Positions 9,968 to 21,345 of a DNA stretch of 64,000 bases are shown here, in pieces. The DNA is taken from positions 96,326 through 160,325 of the forward strand of contig CAXXRX010000001.1 of NCBI GenBank assembly GCA_963675545.2, in the 5' to 3' direction. The stretch's first letter is position 1. The number at the start of each line of letters is the position of its first letter. The position numbers were made by a program, and so were the translations under genes. The DNA comes from Desulfocapsaceae bacterium (lineage in GTDB: Bacteria > Desulfobacterota > Desulfobulbia > Desulfobulbales > Desulfocapsaceae). The notes beneath the pieces are model-generated. The model ran no database searches and was not told the origin of the DNA. It saw only the letters and a list, made by a program, of their open reading frames with translations.

Positions 9968-10492
9968 ATGGAGCTTATTCTTGGCCTGTTAACAGGTATT
10001 TTTTTCGGGTTTTTATTGCAGAAAGGTGAGGTGCTGCGCTTTGAAAGACAGGTTGGTTTTCTGTTGCTGAAGGACATGACGATCATCAAGTTCATGTTCA
10101 GTGCTGTCCTTGTCGGCATGGTGGGCATCTACGCCTGTCACAGTTTCGGCCTGATCAGCCTCAGTCTCAAGGACACGAATGTCGGTGCCGTTATCATCGG
10201 CGGTATTCTTTTCGGCATAGGCTGGGCCATCGCCGGCTTCTGCCCGGGCACCTCGGTCGGAGCACTGGCCGAGGGCCGTATACATGCGCTGTGGGCTATC
10301 CTGGGAATGATCGTCGGGGCCTCCGTATACGCAGAGGTTTTTCCCTTTCTCTCTAAAACGGTTCTTACCTGGGGGAATTACGGCAAGATAACATTGCCGC
10401 AGGTCCTCAGTATATCACCCTGGGTGGTTATTCTTTTCTTTATCGCTGTCGGCATTTCCATGTTTACCGTATTCGAGAAAAAGGGACTATAA
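9968..10492 (+). CDS. YeeE/YedE-family membrane protein, C-terminal-type half
   Basis: Starts 3 nt after the previous stop. Has the 'GFCPGTS' Cys-loop and 4-5 TM segments. Confidence 0.8.
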   Translation: MELILGLLTGIFFGFLLQKGEVLRFERQVGFLLLKDMTIIKFMFSAVLVGMVGIYACHSFGLISLSLKDTNVGAVIIGGILFGIGWAIAGFCPGTSVGALAEGRIHALWAILGMIVGASVYAEVFPFLSKTVLTWGNYGKITLPQVLSISPWVVILFFIAVGISMFTVFEKKGL

Positions 10493-10538
10493 AGGCATTC
10501 TGGGTATGCAGTTGCTCATATACTGAGTCGGATACAGC

Positions 10539-11480
10539 TTAATCGTTGTTCAGGAGCAGGTATAACAGTGCCATACGGATATAGAGACCGTTCTGGGCCT
10601 GCTCGAAATAGCGTGCCTGCGGTGCCGTATCGACTTCCTGAGGAATCTCATCGACCCGGGGGAGCGGGTGCATGATAATCGCCTCCGGTTTCATTTCCTT
10701 TACCAGTTCCGGGGAAAGGATATATTTGCTTGCCGCCGCATGGTAATCGTCGATGGAATGAAAACGTTCTTTCTGGATTCGGGTTATATAAACACAATCC
10801 GCTTCACGGACTACTCTGCCAAGGTCGGTCTCCTCCCGCCAGCTTACGTTATTTTTATCCAGGTAGGTTTTTATGTCGTTTTCCATCTTACAGACCGGCG
10901 GTGAGACAAAAACAATCTGCATATTCTCATATTTGCTCAGCAGGTACGACAATGACCTCACGGTTCTGCCATAGCGTAAATCGCCTACCAGCGCGACATT
11001 GAGGTTCCGCATCTCGGGGAATGCGTCGACAATGGTGTAGATGTCGAGCAATGCCTGGGTCGGATGCTGTCCGGCACCATCCCCGGCGTTAATGATCGGA
11101 ATGGTTGAAATCTCTGCAGCGCGAACGGCGCTTCCTGCCTCATTATGGCGCATAACGATAATATCGGCATAGCCGTTCATGATCCGGGTTGAGTCAGAGA
11201 GGCTCTCACCTTTGGCTGCGCTGGAGAATTCCCGGGCATTTTCCGTTGTAATAACATCGCCGCCCAATCTTCTCATGGCACTTTCAAAAGAAAACCGGGT
11301 TCGGGTTGACGGCTCGTAGAACAGCGATGCCATAATTTTACCGTCCAGGGATTTGGCCAGCGTGCGGTCCCCATGGAGGTCTGCTTTCATCCTGTCGGCA
11401 GTCTGAAAAACCAGATCCAGCAACTCTTTGTCGAACTGCTGCGATTCAACAACATGTTTTAAAGCAAACGTCGGCATCAT
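10539..11480 (-). CDS. pyrB: aspartate carbamoyltransferase catalytic subunit
   Basis: STRTRFSFE, HPTQALLD, RIQKERF and HPLPR motifs; 313 aa. Confidence 0.9.
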   Translation of the reverse strand: MMPTFALKHVVESQQFDKELLDLVFQTADRMKADLHGDRTLAKSLDGKIMASLFYEPSTRTRFSFESAMRRLGGDVITTENAREFSSAAKGESLSDSTRIMNGYADIIVMRHNEAGSAVRAAEISTIPIINAGDGAGQHPTQALLDIYTIVDAFPEMRNLNVALVGDLRYGRTVRSLSYLLSKYENMQIVFVSPPVCKMENDIKTYLDKNNVSWREETDLGRVVREADCVYITRIQKERFHSIDDYHAAASKYILSPELVKEMKPEAIIMHPLPRVDEIPQEVDTAPQARYFEQAQNGLYIRMALLYLLLNND

Positions 11481-11551
11481 CGTTCTCCTGAATGGTTTGA
11501 GGTATTCTTCCTGTTATATAGAGTAATCCGCCTGCAGTGAGTCGTGCTTGA

Positions 11552-12583
<1,032 letters not shown>

Positions 12584-12760
12584 TCAATGAATGTATCAAA
12601 CCTTGGGTTGAAACCAGTATTTTTTACTAATTATTAGACTTGTTAATGCCCAATTTGCTAAAATGGCAAAAAGAATATAAAAAAATGATAAATCGCTACC
12701 TTATAGGAAGCATGCACGTGTCGTTGCCATTGACTTCGCAGGGCATGGTTTCCCGGTCTC

Positions 12761-15085
12761 ATGGCTGATCACAAATACAATATCGATCTCAAAATTGAAC
12801 AAGAGCGGCTTGACAATCTCTATGAGCGCTCGCTTGTTGCATCCAGAACGCTCTCTGTTGTCATAGGCGTCTATATACTGATGCTGAGCCAGAAATTCAA
12901 CTGGCAGCATCTTCTCGGTTGGTATCTGCTTCTGCTCGCGGTTCTTTGCGGCCGCTGGTATCTGTGCCGTCTCTACAGAAAAGACCGGGGGACTCATCAC
13001 TCTCTGTCTCGCTGGCTGTTTCTGTTTCGACTGGGTATTTTCGGTACCGGGATGATGGTGGGCGGTCTCAACCTGCTGTTCTTTTCGTTTGAACCTCTGT
13101 CTCTTCTGTTGATAGCAATCATTTTACCGTGTGGGACTGCAGTCGCTGCAGTAACGATGCTGCTTGATGTCACCTCTTTTTTTATTTATGCGTTGACCCT
13201 GCTGTCGCCGATAGTTTATCAGACAGGCATGGCCGGCGACCGCCATTATCTGGGGGTTGCTATCTTGGCATGTTTGTTCGGTGCTTTTCTGTTCAGGTTC
13301 AGCAGGGAGTATAACAGGAATTTTATCAACAATGCGCGCCTGCGCTACGAGAACAAACAGTTGCTGGAAGATATTGAGGAGGAAAAAAACAAACTGAACA
13401 ACCGTCTGGGTAGAATTTTAAATGACAGCACGACGGAAATTTATGTTGTTGATGCTGATTCATTGATGTGTGTGCAGGTGAATCAGGGGGCGGTTGACAA
13501 ACTCGGCTATTCCAGGGAGGAGTTCAAAAACGTCAGTCTTCTTGATATCTTTGTAGATCTGGACAAGGAGTCATTTTCGGATCTTCTTCTACCGGCGTAC
13601 AGGGGAAAATGGGAACCTATTGTCCATAAAGGAGTGAGCAGGCGAAAAGACGGCAGCACCTTTCCGGTTGAAGCCAGCATACAGCTGTCGGTTGCCGACG
13701 ATCCGCCGATTATCGTTGCCAATGTACAGGATATAACGGAGCGTACCAGGTGGGAGGAACAGCTTATCTACCAGGCGAACTACGACCAGCTGACGGGCCT
13801 GCATAATCGCCATTATATCCAGTCGTATATGCATTCTGCGTTTAATCGGGCGCAAAGGCATGATAAAAAGCTGGCCTTGCTTTTTATGGATCTTGACAAC
13901 TTTAAAGACATCAACGATACGCTCGGCCATGACACCGGGGATGAAGTGCTGAAGCAGACCGCTCAGCGACTCTCTTCTCTTTTGAGAGAGTCCGATACTG
14001 CCGCTCGGACAGGAGGCGACGAATTCACGATTTTTCTCGAGAACCTCGATAAAACCAGGTATGCCGGCATTGTGGCTCAAAAAATTATCAGGAACCTGCA
14101 GCAGCCGATTATGCTCGAGGGACGGGAGCTCTATACCTCGGTGAGTATCGGTATCAGCATCTTCCCTGATGACGGCATGAGCCATGAACGGCTGATGCAG
14201 TGTGCAGATCTGGCAATGTATCAGGCAAAAAAAGATGGGCGAAATACCTACCGTTATTTTTCAAACGAAATGCGTCGGATCTCTGAAGAGCAGATGCTGA
14301 TATCAAACCAGCTGCGCTATGCGCTGTCCAGAGATGAATTTTCACTGGTGTTTCAACCAAAAATCGATGTGAAAAAAAGCTGTATCGTTGGTGCGGAGGC
14401 CCTTCTTCGCTGGAACAACCGGGAACTTGGCAATGTGTCGCCCTATATTTTTATTCCTCTTGCAGAAAATATCGGTATTATTAATGAGATAGGGGTGTGG
14501 GTTCTTGAGCAGGCCTGTCTTGAGGCAGCCACCTGGCAGGGCCTTACAGACGAGAAACTGAAAGTATCAGTCAATGTGTCGCCGCAACAGTTCCGCAACG
14601 GCTCGTTGCTCGAGGACGTTGAAGATGCACTGAAAAAGAGTGCACTTTCCTGTGATCGGCTTGAACTCGAGATTACCGAAAGCCTGCTGATGCAGGACTC
14701 GGATAAGCCGCTTGCCATACTGGGCAGCTTGCACAAGCGTGGGGTGAGTCTTGCTCTGGACGATTTCGGTACCGGGTATTCATCCCTCAGCTATCTGCGG
14801 AGCTTTCCACTGCAGGTCCTGAAAATAGATCGAAGTTTTATTCAGGATCTGGAAATTGACCAGAACCACAAAACCCTTGTTGATGCCATTATAGCCATGG
14901 CCCAGAGTCTGAAGTTGGAAATTGTTGCCGAAGGAGTTGAAAATGAGAATCAGCTTCAGTACCTGCGCCAGCGCGATGTCGGAATCATTCAGGGGTATCT
15001 TTTCAGCCCTCCGGTCCCGGCCGAAGAGTTTCGGGTTCTGTTGAAGAAATCTCGTCAAGGCGTGTTGCCGGCAGCACGTGCTTGA
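12761..15085 (+). CDS. membrane-bound PAS / GGDEF / EAL c-di-GMP turnover protein
   Basis: About 190-aa polytopic N-terminus, then a PAS-like segment. GGDEF domain with an intact 'GGDEF' ('RTGGDEFTIFL'). EAL domain with 'EALLRW', 'ELEITES', 'DDFGTGYSS' and 'QGYLFSPP'. Confidence 0.9.
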   Translation: MADHKYNIDLKIEQERLDNLYERSLVASRTLSVVIGVYILMLSQKFNWQHLLGWYLLLLAVLCGRWYLCRLYRKDRGTHHSLSRWLFLFRLGIFGTGMMVGGLNLLFFSFEPLSLLLIAIILPCGTAVAAVTMLLDVTSFFIYALTLLSPIVYQTGMAGDRHYLGVAILACLFGAFLFRFSREYNRNFINNARLRYENKQLLEDIEEEKNKLNNRLGRILNDSTTEIYVVDADSLMCVQVNQGAVDKLGYSREEFKNVSLLDIFVDLDKESFSDLLLPAYRGKWEPIVHKGVSRRKDGSTFPVEASIQLSVADDPPIIVANVQDITERTRWEEQLIYQANYDQLTGLHNRHYIQSYMHSAFNRAQRHDKKLALLFMDLDNFKDINDTLGHDTGDEVLKQTAQRLSSLLRESDTAARTGGDEFTIFLENLDKTRYAGIVAQKIIRNLQQPIMLEGRELYTSVSIGISIFPDDGMSHERLMQCADLAMYQAKKDGRNTYRYFSNEMRRISEEQMLISNQLRYALSRDEFSLVFQPKIDVKKSCIVGAEALLRWNNRELGNVSPYIFIPLAENIGIINEIGVWVLEQACLEAATWQGLTDEKLKVSVNVSPQQFRNGSLLEDVEDALKKSALSCDRLELEITESLLMQDSDKPLAILGSLHKRGVSLALDDFGTGYSSLSYLRSFPLQVLKIDRSFIQDLEIDQNHKTLVDAIIAMAQSLKLEIVAEGVENENQLQYLRQRDVGIIQGYLFSPPVPAEEFRVLLKKSRQGVLPAARA

Positions 15086-15093
15086 ACGATGTG

Positions 15094-15128
15094 GCCCCTG
15101 GTTTCCGGGGCTGTCCGTTGTTGTTTTT
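15094..15128 (+). terminator. possible intrinsic terminator between convergent genes
   Basis: Short GC hairpin gcccc-tggtttcc-ggggc (15094-15111) followed by a T-rich tract (gttgttgttttt). The stem is short, so support is weak. Confidence 0.3.
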
Positions 15129-15133
15129 CCGGT

Positions 15134-16288
15134 TTACCGTACCGCCACACATTCCGGGCAGCGAACGCTGGTATAGCCCTTGACATTTCCTTTGGGAGAG
15201 GCAACGATCTGCCAGACCTGCATATGCCGCGCCCGAAACCCCCCGGCAAGAGAGAGGAGATAATACCGCCACATCCTGAAAAAGCTCTCTGAGTAACCAC
15301 TCTTGATTTTGTTCCAGTTTTTTTCGAAATTTTGATACCAGGCCATCAGGGTTCTATCGTAATCGACTCCAAGATTGTGCCAGTCTTCCATCACAAAATT
15401 TCCTTCAAGTGCGTCACCGATCTGTACGATTGCCGGCAGCATGCCGTTTGGGAATATATATTTGTCAAACCATTGGTCGCACCTGATCTGGGTTCGGTTT
15501 GAGCCGATCGTGTGAAGAAGAAACAACCCGTTTTTCTTCAGACAGCGCCTCACCACCTGCATGAAAGTGGGGTAATTCTTGTAGCCCACGTGTTCAAACA
15601 TTCCGACAGAGGCAATGGCGTCAAATTGCCCAGTCAGATTTCTGTAATCCTGCAGGATGATCGTGACCGGAAGGCCGCGGCAACGTTGTTCGGCATAGTC
15701 GGCCTGCTCCGTTGAAACAGTGATCCCCACCGCTTCAACACCATAGTGTCGTGCGGCATGATGAATCAGGCTCCCCCAGCCGCAGCCGATATCCAGCAGC
15801 CGCATCCTTTTCGACAGTTTCAGTTTCCTGCAGATTATATCGAGCTTGTCCTGCTGAGCTTTTTCAAGCGTGTCCGCTTCTTTCCAATACCCGCAGCTAT
15901 AGGCCATCGAACTGTCCAGCATGATTTCAAAAAGATCATTGCCGGCATCATAGTGCTCTTCTCCTACCTGGAAGGCGCGTCGCCGACTTTGACAGTTGAA
16001 AATCCGTGCTTTGATCATCTTGACTATATCAGGCAGGCTTGCCACGGCCTTGCTGCGCAGGTCAGCCCGGAGAATTCTGTAGAACAGTTGATCAAGCGCT
16101 TCACACTCCCAGTCCCCCTCAATATAGGACTCGCCAAGCCCCAGGGATCCCTGGAGGATCACACGTGTGTAAAAATCGCTGTTTTTGACCTTGATATCCC
16201 AGGGTCTGTCACCGTTAACGGCTATGTCAGCCTGGAGAAGCAGCTTTCTGACATAGTCTTCTGCGGATTTTCTCAAGAACTTTCTCAT
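15134..16288 (-). CDS. cfa: cyclopropane-fatty-acyl-phospholipid synthase family methyltransferase
   Basis: SAM motif 'LLDIGCGWGSL', 'FDAIASVGMFEHVG' and a C-terminal 'FRMWRYYL' block. Start taken at ATG 16288 (MRKFLRK...); the ORF is open to 16390. Confidence 0.85.
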   Translation of the reverse strand: MRKFLRKSAEDYVRKLLLQADIAVNGDRPWDIKVKNSDFYTRVILQGSLGLGESYIEGDWECEALDQLFYRILRADLRSKAVASLPDIVKMIKARIFNCQSRRRAFQVGEEHYDAGNDLFEIMLDSSMAYSCGYWKEADTLEKAQQDKLDIICRKLKLSKRMRLLDIGCGWGSLIHHAARHYGVEAVGITVSTEQADYAEQRCRGLPVTIILQDYRNLTGQFDAIASVGMFEHVGYKNYPTFMQVVRRCLKKNGLFLLHTIGSNRTQIRCDQWFDKYIFPNGMLPAIVQIGDALEGNFVMEDWHNLGVDYDRTLMAWYQNFEKNWNKIKSGYSESFFRMWRYYLLSLAGGFRARHMQVWQIVASPKGNVKGYTSVRCPECVAVR

Positions 16289-16721
16289 GGGAGCATCCCT
16301 TTGTCGGCAGTAACAGATAAGGATTGTTTCCACAACGGCGGGTTTGAAAAAAGAGTAAGAAAACAGCAGTGTCGATGACAATATCGACAAGGCGCTGCAC
16401 TACCCTAACGGTTACTGCAGGTTTATTGTTTTTAGAAAAAAAATGGCGGGTTTCTGAAGGATTTGCTGATGTTGAATGAGACGTTGTATATACGCAGGTA
16501 TCTGTTGGGCTGAATAGATATACTGAAGGATATGTGATTGTTAGATTATTGTGCCACATTTCTGGTAACCTGTGGGAATCTACCAAGCTAGCTATTGTCA
16601 CGAAGTAACCTTCCACCTGAAAAAAACAGGCTTCCAAGGGGTTTGTCCGCTCACATATTTGTTCTTCTTATCGGTAAAAAATAGCTATTGCAGGTTTTAA
16701 AGTCAACCTCAAGAGATGTTG

Positions 16722-17147
16722 TCAGGTTTGCTTCTTGATAATGTCCATGTCATAGAGAAGGGCAATGGCTTTATCCTCGGTGGTCGGTAAAAAAACGCTG
16801 CCCTCTTCCTCTCCGTATTTCTGCTTCAATCTGTTTTCAAGCTCCAGGTTAAGGTCGAATATCCCGAACCCTTTCATCCGCCATTCGTTGAAAAGAGGAG
16901 TGTCAACCTGGCGGAAACTAACCAGTTTGATATCTTTGTGTCTCAGGTCTTCAACGATCCGGAAGAATGTTGCGTTTACTTCGTCAAAATCACCTTCAAG
17001 GAACTGGAGAAAATGCGAACTGGTGGCAATGAGCGCACCGTTTACCCGGTCAGCCCGATTCTTTTCAAGGCTCGTATAGAGAATATCCCTGAGGTTTTCC
17101 TTGCTGATCGATCCTGAAGATCTGCTTTTATAGATGAGTCTGTGCAT
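16722..17147 (-). CDS. short BLUF-domain (blue-light FAD) photoreceptor
   Basis: 'HRLIYKS' (photoactive Tyr), 'NRADRVNGALI', 'FLQFLEG' (photoactive Gln), 'DLRHKD' and 'NEWRMKGF' (Trp/Met) match the BLUF core. It is 141 aa with no fused output domain. Confidence 0.8.
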   Translation of the reverse strand: MHRLIYKSRSSGSISKENLRDILYTSLEKNRADRVNGALIATSSHFLQFLEGDFDEVNATFFRIVEDLRHKDIKLVSFRQVDTPLFNEWRMKGFGIFDLNLELENRLKQKYGEEEGSVFLPTTEDKAIALLYDMDIIKKQT

Positions 17148-17383
17148 TAGCCACGTACCGTCTCTGACTGGTTAAAAGACCGGCATGGTCCATGTTATCG
17201 TTAATCTTCTGTTTTATAACCTACAATACTTGAATTTTTCCTGTTCTGAAACATGCGTCAGCTTATTATTGGAAAAAAGACTGTACGGAGCCACAAGTAA
17301 TTGCTATACAAGTTGTGATATATCATAATCAGCATGCAATACCCAAAGTTATTCAAGTTTTCAACATATTACAAGAGGTTGAC

Positions 17384-18322
17384 ATGACGAATTTACGGTT
17401 CACTTTTTTCATATCCTTTTTAAGCCTTTCACTCCTTTCAGCAACCATTTGCACAGCCCAGCAGCAGGAGCAGAGCGGGCGTCCAGGAGCAATGCAGGGA
17501 TGGTCAAGCTTTGTTCGAGGCGGCAGTGTTTATCAGTTTGATACCGACCTGGATGAAGGAGGCAGCTACGACGTTACCAGGTTTAATATCCAGGCAGGCC
17601 ATGGGTATGCCTGGGACCCACGTACCACGGTATCTCTTGCTCTTGGCTACAGCTATGACGGCTACTCATTTTCCCGGGGAAGCGGCATTGCGGCAACTGC
17701 CCCCTGGGAAAACGTACACTCGTTTTCCTTGGGTTTACCTGTGCGCAAGGGAATTAATGATGACTGGTCGGCGTTTTTAATACCGTCCATCCGCTCAACG
17801 GGAGAGAGTGGCTCAAGCTTTGAAGATACCATCACGGGCGGTGTTCTGGCTGGGGTTGCCTATCGCTTCGGCGAACGATTGACCATAGGCCCGGGGATAG
17901 GCGTTTTTTCTCAGCTTGAAGATTCTGCAACCATTATCCCTATTCTCATCATCGACTGGAAGATAACCGACAAGCTCAGCCTCGAGACCGGTCGCGGCCT
18001 GGGCGCCACGCTCGGACCAGGCCTGACGCTCAATTACCAGGCTGATCGGCAATGGAGCTTTGCCATTGGCGGCCGCTACGAGACATTGCGTTTCCGCCTC
18101 GATGACAAGGGTCCTGTTTCCGGAGGTATCGGTGAAGACAAATCGTTCCCCCTGTTTGTCAGCAGCACCTACAGTTACAGCCCCAAGATAAACCTCAGCC
18201 TGGTCGGCGGGGTTGAGTTCGGAACTGAGCTAACCGTAGAAGATAGTGACGGTCGACGCATCAGAAAAGAATCCTCAGACCCGGGAGCATTCCTGGGATT
18301 TACTTTCAATGTCAGGCTGTAG
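17384..18322 (+). CDS. putative outer-membrane beta-barrel protein
   Basis: Signal peptide (FFISFLSLSLLSATICTAQQ) followed by alternating-hydrophobicity, G/Y/S-rich strands. Start at ATG 17384; family not recognised. Confidence 0.5.
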   Translation: MTNLRFTFFISFLSLSLLSATICTAQQQEQSGRPGAMQGWSSFVRGGSVYQFDTDLDEGGSYDVTRFNIQAGHGYAWDPRTTVSLALGYSYDGYSFSRGSGIAATAPWENVHSFSLGLPVRKGINDDWSAFLIPSIRSTGESGSSFEDTITGGVLAGVAYRFGERLTIGPGIGVFSQLEDSATIIPILIIDWKITDKLSLETGRGLGATLGPGLTLNYQADRQWSFAIGGRYETLRFRLDDKGPVSGGIGEDKSFPLFVSSTYSYSPKINLSLVGGVEFGTELTVEDSDGRRIRKESSDPGAFLGFTFNVRL

Positions 18323-18437
18323 GTATTAGCGGTCCAGGCACTGCTTTTTAAACAAATACGTAATGATGTCGATGCCCTATGAGGTTTGAAATCTGTGACT
18401 TGTTGACAATCTTATCTACTGCAATGTAACAATGTTA

Positions 18438-18476
18438 CACTCAATAGTTTTCAGGAGCCCTGACAACTATTGAGTG
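18438..18476. terminator. strong hairpin between convergent genes (possible bidirectional terminator)
   Basis: cactcaatagttttcagg (18438-18455) pairs with cctgacaactattgagtg (18459-18476): an 18-bp stem with one mismatch and a 3-nt loop. No clear U-tract. Confidence 0.4.
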
Positions 18477-18500
18477 CTGCGAGTCTTGAGGTTAAAGCAG

Positions 18501-19820
18501 TTAATGAGCAAAAGCGAGATTTGTCAGATAGGTTACGAATTGAGGGAAGATTGCAACCAAAATAAGTCCGATAATTTGCAGCATAATGAAAGGAATCGCT
18601 CCCTTGTAAATATCACCAAGTGTAACGCCGGGTAATTTAAGTGACTTCATGAAAAAGAGAGCATACCCAAATGGCGGCGACAGGAATGAAACCTGTAGAT
18701 TGATGGCTACCAGCATACCGAACCAGAAAGGATCCAGTCCATATACCTGTTTTGCAATCGGGAAAAATATCGGTACGAGCAGCATCAGGATGGCGGTCCA
18801 GTCGATAATCATGCCAAGCAGATAGACCAGTAGCATGGTCATTGCAAAAAACATCCACTTGTTTCCAAGTGCTTCAAAAAGTCCTCCCAGAGTTCTACCG
18901 CATCCCATTGCCATAAAAACAGCTGAAAAAATATTTACTCCAATAATGATAAACATCACCATGCACGAGGTTTTGACGGTTGCCGTAGCAGCGTAGCGTA
19001 GATTGCTGAGGTTGAATTCTCCATAGCAGATCATCAGGATTATCGCTGCAAAGGCACCAATAGCACCGGCTTCCGAAGGAGTTGCAATCCCAAAGAAGAT
19101 AGAACCAAGAACAACGGCCATGAGCAGAACCGGCGGAGTCACGCTCAGCATGCCCCGTACAAAACGGACGCTGAGATTATCCATTTCCGCTTTGGGAACC
19201 GGTGGCCCCAGAGATGGCTTGATCCGGCATAAAATGTAAATGTAGAACATATAGAGCCCTGAAAGCAGCAGGCCAGGGCCTATGGCTCCGATAAAAAGCT
19301 GGCCAACTGAAATACCGGCTACCGCACCGAGCACGATCAGCAGCATACTCGGTGGTATGAGAATGCCGAGTGTTCCACCGGCCATGATGGTACCGACCGT
19401 TAATTTCTTATCATATTTTTGTTCAAGCAGATAAGGACCTGCCAGGACCCCCATGCTGACAATTGAGGCACCGATGATCCCAGTGCTTGCTGCAAACACG
19501 GTACAGACAATGGTTACCGCGATTGCCAGGCCACCTGGCAGGGGGGCGACCAGATCGCGAATTCCATCGAACATTTTTTTAGCGATGCCGGAACGTTCCA
19601 GTATATAGGCCATAAAAATGAAGAGAGGTATGGCAATCAGTGGAAAGCTCACCATGACGGAATAGGTCTTTGTTACGGCTATAGGCAGAGTCGCGGGACC
19701 GATAAATACCAGGCCGAGGAGAATACCAAGGCCTCCAAATGTGAGAGCTACCGGATGACCTAAAAAAAGACTGCCGATGGTCAGGAATGCCGTTAATAGC
19801 AACAATAAGGTGTCACTCAT
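18501..19820 (-). CDS. dctM: TRAP transporter large permease subunit
   Basis: About 439-aa polytopic protein with typical DctM composition. Start at ATG 19820 (MSDTLLLLL...) gives the classic 4-bp ATGA overlap with dctQ; the ORF is open to 20063. Confidence 0.9.
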   Translation of the reverse strand: MSDTLLLLLTAFLTIGSLFLGHPVALTFGGLGILLGLVFIGPATLPIAVTKTYSVMVSFPLIAIPLFIFMAYILERSGIAKKMFDGIRDLVAPLPGGLAIAVTIVCTVFAASTGIIGASIVSMGVLAGPYLLEQKYDKKLTVGTIMAGGTLGILIPPSMLLIVLGAVAGISVGQLFIGAIGPGLLLSGLYMFYIYILCRIKPSLGPPVPKAEMDNLSVRFVRGMLSVTPPVLLMAVVLGSIFFGIATPSEAGAIGAFAAIILMICYGEFNLSNLRYAATATVKTSCMVMFIIIGVNIFSAVFMAMGCGRTLGGLFEALGNKWMFFAMTMLLVYLLGMIIDWTAILMLLVPIFFPIAKQVYGLDPFWFGMLVAINLQVSFLSPPFGYALFFMKSLKLPGVTLGDIYKGAIPFIMLQIIGLILVAIFPQFVTYLTNLAFAH

Positions 19821-20326
19821 AGTTTCGTACCTCTGAGGGCTGCTATATGTTTTATAATTGAAGATATCCCTTGGAGAAAAATCAGAAAGAAGGCGACCGG
19901 GATAACGGTCCTGAAGTGAGCAATTGGTGGGCGCCAGACACTGTGGCCGAGTTCCATGGCTTTCCAGGAATTTACTGCAATGGGAATACCCCCTTTGACC
20001 ATCGCCAGAGAAAATACGGATGTGAAACCGATGAAACAGGCTATTGCCAGCATATGCTGCCATTTTTCCGGCATTCGCTCAGATATGAGATCGATAGCCA
20101 CATGGCCTTTGTGCAGGAAAGTATAAGCCGAGCCAAACAGGATATAATAACCAAAGATAAAGTAGGATGTTTCGGTGAACCATATCTGGGGAGCAGAAAA
20201 GCCCTTTCGAAGAACTGATTCAATAATAAAAACGACAACCAGGAGAACAATTGCCCATTGGATAACTCTGCCTACCCAGTCATTGCAGGTATCTATCCAC
20301 CCGGCGATTGAGAGTAGTAGTTTCAT
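19817..20326 (-). CDS. dctQ: TRAP transporter small permease subunit
   Basis: 169 aa with 4 TM segments, immediately upstream of and overlapping dctM. Confidence 0.8.
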   Translation of the reverse strand: MKLLLSIAGWIDTCNDWVGRVIQWAIVLLVVVFIIESVLRKGFSAPQIWFTETSYFIFGYYILFGSAYTFLHKGHVAIDLISERMPEKWQHMLAIACFIGFTSVFSLAMVKGGIPIAVNSWKAMELGHSVWRPPIAHFRTVIPVAFFLIFLQGISSIIKHIAALRGTKL

Positions 20327-20360
20327 GTCAGTCTCATAATTTGATTTTAAGAATCAAGCG

Positions 20361-21230
20361 TCAGACCTCAAATTCCGTACATGTTCCAGCCATATTGAAA
20401 AAGAATTTATCACCAAATTCATTAAATAGTCGGGCACTTGCTATCTGTCCTGTGCAATGTGAAACCCCGATGTGCTGTATGTCAAGGCGCCTGAATTCAT
20501 CGATCGTCTTCTGGAGGCGCTCTTCATCAGCGCCGAAGAGGTGAATTCCACCGATAACAGCATACACGTTCTCACTTCCGGTCAATTCTTTGCCCCGGAT
20601 AATGGTATTGATGATACCCCGGTGTGCACACCCGGAAATGACAATCAGCCCCTTGTCTGATTTAATGAAAAGGGTCTGGTCGTCATCGAGCGGATCATCT
20701 GAAACCCCGGCAACTGTCTTTACGCAGGCGTTGTAATCAATTTTTTCAAAATCAGTAACCATCGGTACTTCACCGCTTGTGACGATGTGATCCGTGATCC
20801 ATACCGGTTCTTTTGATAAAAAGAATGTTGCACCGAGTTCCTCGGCATACTCACGCGAGTAGGGAATTCCAATTTCGTCAAATCTTGTTCCGTCGGGGGA
20901 TCGCCAAACCTTGGGTTTCCAGACGTCGGGGTGGGCAATGATTTCTACTGGTTTGTTTTTGAGATTTCGGAGCTTTAAGATTTCTGGTAACCCGCCGGTG
21001 TGATCTTCATGGCCATGGCTAAAAACGATCTTGTCAACTTTGCTCAGGTCTTCCCCCATTATTCTTGCATTATGTGCAGCTACTATGCTGTAACCGGTAT
21101 CCATCAGAATAGTAGTGTCATCCACTTCAACCAGAATACTTAATCCCCATTCAGCGAGCAATTTAAGCCAGCTTGCTGAATTTTCGGCTATTGTAGAAAT
21201 GCGTATATGCATTGTCGTCTCCTGTTCCAT
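20361..21230 (-). CDS. MBL-fold metallo-hydrolase (COG1237-like)
   Basis: 'LLAEWGLSILVE.DDTTILMDTG' and 'SHGHEDHTGGL' (HxHxDH) are metallo-beta-lactamase fold signatures. Confidence 0.8.
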   Translation of the reverse strand: MEQETTMHIRISTIAENSASWLKLLAEWGLSILVEVDDTTILMDTGYSIVAAHNARIMGEDLSKVDKIVFSHGHEDHTGGLPEILKLRNLKNKPVEIIAHPDVWKPKVWRSPDGTRFDEIGIPYSREYAEELGATFFLSKEPVWITDHIVTSGEVPMVTDFEKIDYNACVKTVAGVSDDPLDDDQTLFIKSDKGLIVISGCAHRGIINTIIRGKELTGSENVYAVIGGIHLFGADEERLQKTIDEFRRLDIQHIGVSHCTGQIASARLFNEFGDKFFFNMAGTCTEFEV

Positions 21231-21345
21231 CCTCGTTCAGTCCTTCCGATCAATGATTCAATCCTTTTACTGCCCGATTCAGAGGCCATGTAGTCCCGTC
21301 CAAAACCCAGATAACCAGGTATGGACGGGACTGGCGTTTAAAGAA

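Noticed and set aside
15746-16378. A 210-aa plus-strand ORF.
   Set aside because: It is antisense to cfa, which carries clear SAM-methyltransferase motifs.
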